Assembly: GCA_964616245.1 (NCBI GenBank)
Contig: CAZTRQ010000001.1
Span: 1 to 54,015, forward strand
Length of the DNA: 54,015 nucleotides
From: an uncultured Spirochaetaceae bacterium
GTDB taxonomy: Bacteria > Spirochaetota > Spirochaetia > DSM-27196 > PWMO01
Direction of reading: 5' to 3'
The notes beneath the pieces were generated by a model. It was not told where the DNA came from. It did not search any database and worked only from the letters and a program-made list of their open reading frames with translations. The position numbers and the translations under genes were made by a program. Shown piece by piece: positions 49,223-54,015 of the stretch (position 1 is the first letter of the stretch; each line of letters starts with the position of its first letter).

Positions 49223-50055
49223 TTCACATGCTCCACAAAAGGCGCGGCGAAGCGGTCTTCTATCAGCCGCCCACCGGCGGTGTGACCGAGAGCGCGGTCC
49301 TTTCGATACGGTCCATGGTAATCCGAGCCCGCGGTGGAAAGGAGCCCGTGCTTTACCGCGAGGCGCTCGATTTTGAGGCATTCCTGCCATTTTGCGTTGG
49401 AGTGATACGCCTCTACGCCGTCGAGCCCCTGTTCTTTCCATTCGGCGAGGGCATCGTCAAGGCCTCCGAGGGATAGTCCGAGGGTCATGGGATGAGCGAT
49501 GACCGCCTTACCCCCGACGGAGTGGATAAGCGCCGTGGCCTCTTCCACCGGGAGACTCGGTTTCGGTACGTAGGCCTCTTTGCCGTTCCCGAGGTAGCGA
49601 TAGAATGCCTCCCGGATGTCTTTGACGGCTCCGATCGAGACAAGGTACCGGGCGAAATGGGGGCGGCCTACGACGGTGCCTCCGGCTTCTCGAGAGACCT
49701 CTGCATAGTCCGCGGGTATGCCGATGTCCCGGAGCTTTTCGACCATTCGAAGGTTGCGCTCGGTGCGCCTCTGCCGGAGTTCTGCGAGGGAAGCCGAAAA
49801 GGCGTTGCCTACATCGGTCAGCCCCAAACCGAGCATGTGGAACACCCCGGGGCGGAAGGAGATTTCGAGCTCGATGCCGGGGATCAGAGTAATCCCGCTT
49901 CGGGCTGCTTCTTCGAGTGCTTCAGGGACGCCTTCTATGGTATCGTGGTCCGTCAGGGCCAAAACCCGGATAGACAGCCGCCGTGCTTCTCGCACGAGCT
50001 CGGTTGGGGTCAGGGTGCCGTCTGAACGTGTAGAATGGGTGTGTAAATCGACCAC
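49219..50055 (-). CDS. PHP-domain phosphoesterase (TrpH/YciV-like)
   Basis: MVDLHTHSTRSDGTLTP..LALTDHDT..AHP are PHP metal-binding motifs. GTG start. Confidence 0.9.
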   Translation of the reverse strand: MVDLHTHSTRSDGTLTPTELVREARRLSIRVLALTDHDTIEGVPEALEEAARSGITLIPGIELEISFRPGVFHMLGLGLTDVGNAFSASLAELRQRRTERNLRMVEKLRDIGIPADYAEVSREAGGTVVGRPHFARYLVSIGAVKDIREAFYRYLGNGKEAYVPKPSLPVEEATALIHSVGGKAVIAHPMTLGLSLGGLDDALAEWKEQGLDGVEAYHSNAKWQECLKIERLAVKHGLLSTAGSDYHGPYRKDRALGHTAGGRLIEDRFAAPFVEHVN

Positions 50056-50115
50056 CGAGGGTGATCTTCCGGCTTTTTTCGGCCGATGGTCAATACTGAT
50101 GCCGATTCGACTTGC

Positions 50116-50145
50116 TTGAACTAATGGTCTCAGTCGTTTTAGAGT
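50116..50145 (+). promoter_or_regulatory. possible promoter TTGAAC-N18-TAGAGT for the CNB-TPR / Crp-like pair
   Basis: Motif match. GGAGGA at 50153-50158 precedes GTG 50164. Confidence 0.4.
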
Positions 50146-50163
50146 TTACGCCGGAGGAAACTA

Positions 50164-51186
50164 GTGCCACGGCCAATGCAGTATAAGGCCAACTCGGTTA
50201 TCTACTTTAAGGGAGACGTCGGGGACAAAATCTTTATCCTCAAATCCGGCCGGGTCAGCCTGACGTCGAACGACATAGAGACGGGCCAAGAGATCCACGA
50301 CTATATCCAGACCGGTGAGTTCTTCGGTGTCAAATCGGCCATGGGACGCTATCCCCGGGAAGAGAATGCCGTCGTCCTATCGGACGCCCACGTGGTTATG
50401 TTTGCCGTGCCGGAGTTCGAGACCATCGTCGCCCAGAATACTCGGGTTATCATGAAGATGCTCAAGGTCTTCTCGAACCAGCTGCGTCGCCTTCACGTGA
50501 AGGTTCGGAGTCTTCTCTCTCAGGACGAGCAGGTCGACCCCGAAGAGGGGCTCTTTCGGAATGGGGAGTACTTTATGAAGCGCAAGCAGTACTCCCACGC
50601 CCTCTACGCCTTCAACAAGTATCTAACCTACTACCCCTCCGGTCGCTTCCATATGGATGCGAACAAGCTCGCCCAGACCGCCGAAGACTACTCTCAGCGA
50701 TACGGCCCCGGAAAGGGCCCCGCAGCCCCGGGACTCGCGGACGGCGCCGGTAACGGTGGTGACGCCGGAGCTTCCTCTACCTCGAGTAAGCCGAAGTTGA
50801 CCGACGCCGCAAAACGCTACTACGAGGCAGTGAGTCTCTTCTCCCAGCAGCGTTACAACGACGCGCTCCGAGAGTTCAAACACATCGCCAAGGAATCAGA
50901 CGACGAGGAGTACCACGTTAAGTCGCTCTTCGAGATCGGCCGCTGTCTCTACAGCATGACTCAGTACGATGCTGCGATTAAGCACTTTACCGGGGTAATC
51001 CAGCGCTATCCAAAGCTTCCGGACCTCAAGGATGCGCTCTATTACGTCGGGCAGTGTTATCAGGCCAAAGGGGACAATGCCAAAGCGGAAAGCTTCTACC
51101 GGAAGATTCTCTCGATGCCCCAGGTGGAAGAGGGGCTCAAGCGCAAGGTCAACAAGGCCATACGGACGCTGGAGGCGGCGAGCTAG
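50164..51186 (+). CDS. cyclic-nucleotide-binding-like domain (degenerate phosphate-binding cassette) fused to TPR repeats
   Basis: The CNB fold is present (IYFKGDVGDKIFILKSGRVSL..GEFFGVKSAMGRYPREENAVV), but the canonical FGE..RSA cassette is GV..REENA. A Gly/Ala-rich linker is followed by TPR units (YYVGQCYQAKGDNAKAESFYRKIL). Confidence 0.75.
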   Translation: MPRPMQYKANSVIYFKGDVGDKIFILKSGRVSLTSNDIETGQEIHDYIQTGEFFGVKSAMGRYPREENAVVLSDAHVVMFAVPEFETIVAQNTRVIMKMLKVFSNQLRRLHVKVRSLLSQDEQVDPEEGLFRNGEYFMKRKQYSHALYAFNKYLTYYPSGRFHMDANKLAQTAEDYSQRYGPGKGPAAPGLADGAGNGGDAGASSTSSKPKLTDAAKRYYEAVSLFSQQRYNDALREFKHIAKESDDEEYHVKSLFEIGRCLYSMTQYDAAIKHFTGVIQRYPKLPDLKDALYYVGQCYQAKGDNAKAESFYRKILSMPQVEEGLKRKVNKAIRTLEAAS

Positions 51187-51824
51187 TGGAGCCGAACCTT
51201 CAAGCATTCGAACGCTTCGCGGTCAATTTTCCCAAGGGCGACCTAATCTTCTGCGAGTACGAGCCCGGGGATTCCTTTTATCTTATCCAGGAGGGTAGGG
51301 TGCAGATCTCCCGAATCATGGGGGACATCGAAAAGACGATCGACATTCTTCACCCCGGGGAAATCTTCGGCGAGATGGCTATTCTCGAAGAGGCCCCTCG
51401 GTCGGCGAACGCCATCGCCCTCGATCCGGTAAAGGCCCTCGAGTTCAACCGGGAGAACTTCGAGATTCTGATGCGGGGGAATCCTCAAATCGCCCTGAAG
51501 CTCCTTCGCCTCTTTACCAAGCGCATCTACGACCAGCGTCGTCGCTTCATGATCCTGACCCTCGACGACGTCCAAGCAAAGGTCGCCGATGTCTTCCTGA
51601 TGTTGAACGAGCTGAAGCCGGAGCCGGACGAGGACACCGGGGAACGGGAGTTTCACACCACCGTAGAAGACATCGCCCACTGGGCCGGGATTTCTCCGGA
51701 GCAGAGCAGAAGCGTCTTGAGCCACTTCAATTCTCAGCGCAGGATCGAGATAAGCAACGATAAGATCGTCGTAAAGAATATCAACGACTTTGCCCGGTTC
51801 GTGAATAGCCGCCGTAAGACCTAA
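51186..51824 (+). CDS. Crp/Fnr-family regulator (canonical CNB domain plus C-terminal HTH)
   Basis: GTG 51186 overlaps the upstream TAG by 1 nt. FGEMAILEEAPRSANAIA is a canonical cassette. The HTH region is TVEDIAHWAGISPEQSRSVLSHF. Confidence 0.85.
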   Translation: MEPNLQAFERFAVNFPKGDLIFCEYEPGDSFYLIQEGRVQISRIMGDIEKTIDILHPGEIFGEMAILEEAPRSANAIALDPVKALEFNRENFEILMRGNPQIALKLLRLFTKRIYDQRRRFMILTLDDVQAKVADVFLMLNELKPEPDEDTGEREFHTTVEDIAHWAGISPEQSRSVLSHFNSQRRIEISNDKIVVKNINDFARFVNSRRKT

Positions 51825-51859
51825 AGGCGAAACCTTTCTATGCCCCTATCGTCATACAC

Positions 51860-52426
51860 GTGGACATGACATCGAATGCTACCTACAAATCTCTCCACCA
51901 CTGGGTGTTGAGCTACGTCCAACGCAGGGTCTCCTCTCCCGACGAAGCCGAAGACCTCGCGCAACAGGCTATTACGAAGCTCTTGTCCACCCTCGCCGAA
52001 GGCCGAAGGGTGAGGGACATGGCGGCGTTCTTGGCGACGACCACGAGAAACGTCGTAATTGACCACTACCGAACATCGAAGCCGACCGCCGAGCTTAAAG
52101 ATTTGCCGGACGACCGATTGTCGGTGAGCGACCCGGAAGAGACGAGACGGGAAATTGCCGGGTGGATGCGGCGCACCGTCGAAGGGCTGCCGGAACCCTA
52201 CCGAAAAACCCTCCGAATGACGGAAATCGAAAACGTGCGCTATGCGGTCGTAGCCGAAAGGTGCGGCGTTACCCTCTCGGCAGTAAAGAGCCGGGTCCGC
52301 CGAGGCCGCGAGCTGATGAGGCAGAACCTCCTCCGGTGCTGTCGGTTTACCTTCGACGCCGCGGGTCGGGTCATCGACTACGAACCGCTCAGGGCGCGGG
52401 CGTGCGGAGCGGGGCGCCGGCTCTAG
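51860..52426 (+). CDS. ECF sigma factor, SigZ-like, with a C-terminal Cys-containing tail
   Basis: Region 2 (DEAEDLAQQAITKL..VVIDHYR) and region 4 (LPEPYRKTLRMTEIENVRYAVVAERCGVTLSAVKSRVRRGR), then LLRCCRFTFDAAGRVIDYEPLRARAC. No anti-sigma gene is adjacent. Confidence 0.85.
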   Translation: MDMTSNATYKSLHHWVLSYVQRRVSSPDEAEDLAQQAITKLLSTLAEGRRVRDMAAFLATTTRNVVIDHYRTSKPTAELKDLPDDRLSVSDPEETRREIAGWMRRTVEGLPEPYRKTLRMTEIENVRYAVVAERCGVTLSAVKSRVRRGRELMRQNLLRCCRFTFDAAGRVIDYEPLRARACGAGRRL

Positions 52427-53193
52427 ACCGGACGCCTGCCGCGAATAATCGCCGAATACACCGCCGTCTCCGGCGCCCCGTCGTTCCAATCGGGATTGGC
52501 ACCTTTCGACGAAGTCTCGATGGCGATGTCGGCAAAGCCGGCTTCCTTCATCAGCGTCGTAATGGTTTCCGCCGTCTCCGCTCCGGTAATACACTCGGAA
52601 TAGCGGCTCGCGTCGGCCCGTTCGGCCTCGGAGAAGGGGCGTCGCGCCACAAGGTCCGCTACAGCGAGGCGGCCGCCGGGTTTGAGGACGCGAAACGCCT
52701 CAGCGAAAACGCGCTCTTTCTCCGGTGAAAGGTTGACCACGCAGTTGGACACGATTACATCGATAGTCCCGTCCTCTAACGGTAGCGCTTCGATGAGTCC
52801 CTCGCGGAACTCCACGTTCTCGAGGCCCGCAGCGTCTGCGTTCTTCCGGGCCCGGAGGAGCATTTCGGACGTCATGTCGACGCCAATAACTCGGCCCTCC
52901 GGTCCGACCCGCCGAGCCGCCAAGAAACAGTCGATACCCGCACCACTGCCGAGATCGAGGACGACCTCACCGGGGTTTAACTCCGCGACGAGGGTAGGGT
53001 TACCGCATCCGAGACCGAGGTCGGCGCCCCCGGGTACCAGCGTGAGCTCCTCGGCGGTATATCCACCCCCGCAGGACGAGGTCTTGGTCGAAGAGCAGCA
53101 TTCCGGGGCACAGTTATCCGGGGAGACTTCCTCCGCCGCCCTGGCAGCGTAGTGTTCCCGGACGGTATCGCGAACGGTATTGTGTTGATTCAT
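52423..53193 (-). CDS. arsM: arsenite S-adenosylmethionine methyltransferase
   Basis: VREHYA..CC..GLGCGNP..VLDLGSGAGID..VSNCVVNL..SECITGA. The SAM motif and the conserved ArsM cysteines are all present. GGAGGA Shine-Dalgarno. Confidence 0.9.
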   Translation of the reverse strand: MNQHNTVRDTVREHYAARAAEEVSPDNCAPECCSSTKTSSCGGGYTAEELTLVPGGADLGLGCGNPTLVAELNPGEVVLDLGSGAGIDCFLAARRVGPEGRVIGVDMTSEMLLRARKNADAAGLENVEFREGLIEALPLEDGTIDVIVSNCVVNLSPEKERVFAEAFRVLKPGGRLAVADLVARRPFSEAERADASRYSECITGAETAETITTLMKEAGFADIAIETSSKGANPDWNDGAPETAVYSAIIRGRRPV

Positions 53194-53287
53194 GTGTTTC
53201 CTCCGTCCTTACTGACGACGACCGCTGCAAAAGGTTTCGCCCCTACCGACGCGTCGGACCGCCGGATCGATTGGTCGGGTCCTTGAC

Positions 53288-53731
53288 TCAGAGCCTTCCC
53301 GCCGCAAGCTCCCGGCAGAACTCCTCTACCTTTGCCTTAATCTGGTCCCGTATCGGACGCACGTAGGCGACCTTCTCTTCCATCGTGCCTTCGGCTTTCG
53401 ACGGGTCCGGGAAGGGCCAATGAAGCCGCTTCTTCTCCGCCGGAAAGATGGGGCACCGTTCAGCCGCCTCCGGGTCGCAGACCGCAATAACGTAGTCGAA
53501 AGCCTTCCCCGCAGCGTGGAGGTCGTAGACGCTTCGGGTCGCCTTGCCGGTAATGTCGATGCCGTCTTCCTTGAGAAGCTCGACGACCACTGGGTTAAGG
53601 TTTCCCGGCTCGATACCGGCGCTCTCTACCTCGAGTTCGGCGCTTCCACACGCCTGTCGGAGGTACTCTTCGGTCATTTGGCTGCGAGCGCTGTTGTGTA
53701 TACAGATTGCGAGAACGCGTGTCTTAGACAT
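53288..53731 (-). CDS. arsC: arsenate reductase, LMW-PTP (thioredoxin-coupled) family
   Basis: VLAICIHNSARSQM (CX5R P-loop) plus downstream Cys in IAVCD and ERCPIF. AAAGGAG Shine-Dalgarno. Confidence 0.9.
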   Translation of the reverse strand: MSKTRVLAICIHNSARSQMTEEYLRQACGSAELEVESAGIEPGNLNPVVVELLKEDGIDITGKATRSVYDLHAAGKAFDYVIAVCDPEAAERCPIFPAEKKRLHWPFPDPSKAEGTMEEKVAYVRPIRDQIKAKVEEFCRELAAGRL

Positions 53732-53842
53732 TCGCTTGCTCCTTTGGTTTGTTCTGTTCTCTCATTCGATGCTACGAATCGTCGAACTTCCTCTTTTATC
53801 ATTACTCGTATCTACCACGTCTTGTCGAGTACTTGAGAGTAT

Positions 53843-53953
53843 CAATAAGCCTGTTGATGAAAACTCGAATAGCGTACTGCTCCATAAATCCGGGTTATGG
53901 AGAGAAGAAACTACGGCGGAAGGATTTAGAACGAAAAATCAACAGGCTTGTTG
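53843..53953. repeat. 16-nt inverted repeat (CAATAAGCCTGTTGAT / ATCAACAGGCTTGTTG, 15/16 complementary) enclosing 79 nt with an internal 7-bp hairpin (53881-53901)
   Basis: Arms at 53843-53858 and 53938-53953. The internal hairpin is TCCATAA-atccggg-TTATGGA. It lies in the AT-richer 229-nt spacer between arsC and tRNA-Thr. Confidence 0.6.
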
Positions 53954-53954
53954 A
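53932..53954 (-). terminator. weak intrinsic terminator after tRNA-Thr (UCAACA-agcc-UGUUGA plus UUUUU on minus strand)
   Basis: 6-bp stem at 53939-53954 and an A5 run at 53934-53938 on the plus strand. It starts 7 nt past the tRNA 3' end. Confidence 0.45.
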
Positions 53955-53960
53955 CACGTC

Positions 53961-54015
53961 AGCCAAGACGGGGATTCGAACCCCGGACCTGCTCATTACG
54001 AGTGAGCTGCTCTAC
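53961..54015 (-). tRNA. tRNA-Thr (anticodon CGU), 3' 55 nt; the 5' ~20 nt lie beyond the window end
   Basis: The reverse complement reads GTAGAGC-A-GCTCA-CTCGTAA-TGAGC-AGGTC-CGGGG-TTCGAAT-CCCCG-TCTTGGC-T. These are the D-arm end, a 5-bp anticodon stem, a loop with CGT at positions 34-36, the T-arm with TTCGAAT, the acceptor 3' strand and the discriminator. CCA is not encoded. Confidence 0.9.

Noticed and set aside
49223-49441. 73-codon N-terminal extension of the mlaE ORF. Similar run-on extensions occur for ORFs 3273-3425, 11746-11811, 24328-24426, 34505-34537, 35262-35357, 45250-45369 and 51054-51185.
   Set aside because: Each extension overlaps the 3' end of the preceding, well-supported gene. 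In each case an internal start that abuts or overlaps the upstream stop codon gives a family-typical N-terminus.
53769-53954. Possible 61-aa ORF (MLRIVELPLLSLLVSTTSC..) divergent from arsC, with a lipoprotein-signal-like N-terminus.
   Set aside because: It has no Shine-Dalgarno and AT-rich, non-coding-like composition. It runs across the inverted repeat and the tRNA terminator, and it is not ArsR-like. I keep it only as a remote possibility.
1-54015. I searched the whole window for CRISPR arrays, transposases, integrases, phage genes, toxin-antitoxin pairs and known defence-system genes.
   Set aside because: I found no spaced direct repeats and no proteins of those families. The window reads as core chromosome, and the only repeat-like items are the short inverted repeats reported above.

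Overview
This is a 54 kb, roughly 60% GC, densely coding chromosomal segment. It looks like core genome of a free-living high-GC spirochaete. Supporting markers are a P83/100-family protein, an rpsT-HU/Hbb-type pair, two Lnt paralogues and two bactofilins.

I call 55 protein genes and one partial tRNA-Thr(CGU):
- Metabolism and translation: purF (partial), tatD, rpsT, rho with rpmE (Cys-less type), surE, alaA, and a gltX-glyQS-tyrS run followed by a binding-protein-less ABC importer pair.
- Proteolysis and regulation: clpS-clpA-aat, rex, two cyclic-nucleotide-binding (CNB) proteins, and a SigZ-like ECF sigma convergent with arsC-arsM.
- Envelope: a heterodimeric ABC exporter, two lnt, PBP1A, and a long operon of PHP, MlaEFD-like, TPR lipoprotein, membrane protein, LysM/M23 and PEGA-like genes.

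Genes are packed into long operons with many NTGA stop/start overlaps. Several near-consensus sigma70 promoters and one textbook intrinsic terminator are visible.

I found no CRISPR array, transposase, integrase, phage or recognisable defence genes. Nothing here is unmistakably a new system.

The best candidates for undescribed biology are:
1. A codon-overlapped operon of a receiver-DHp protein with no ATPase domain, a cyclase-tail-like mini-protein and a bactofilin.
2. A truncated ParB/Srx CTP-switch-fold protein with a basic amphipathic tail, co-transcribed with PBP1A.
3. A degenerate HD-GYP protein translationally coupled to a fusion of a ThrRS N-terminal region and a Udk-type kinase.
4. 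An M23(HxD)-bactofilin-YaaR-RicT operon.
5. An MCE/Mla-like system lacking MlaB and MlaC but fused in one operon with a TPR lipoprotein and a peptidoglycan hydrolase.

All family assignments come from motif reading and memory, not database searches. The many long Arg/Pro/Gly-rich antisense or alternative-frame ORFs in the track are treated as GC-content artefacts.
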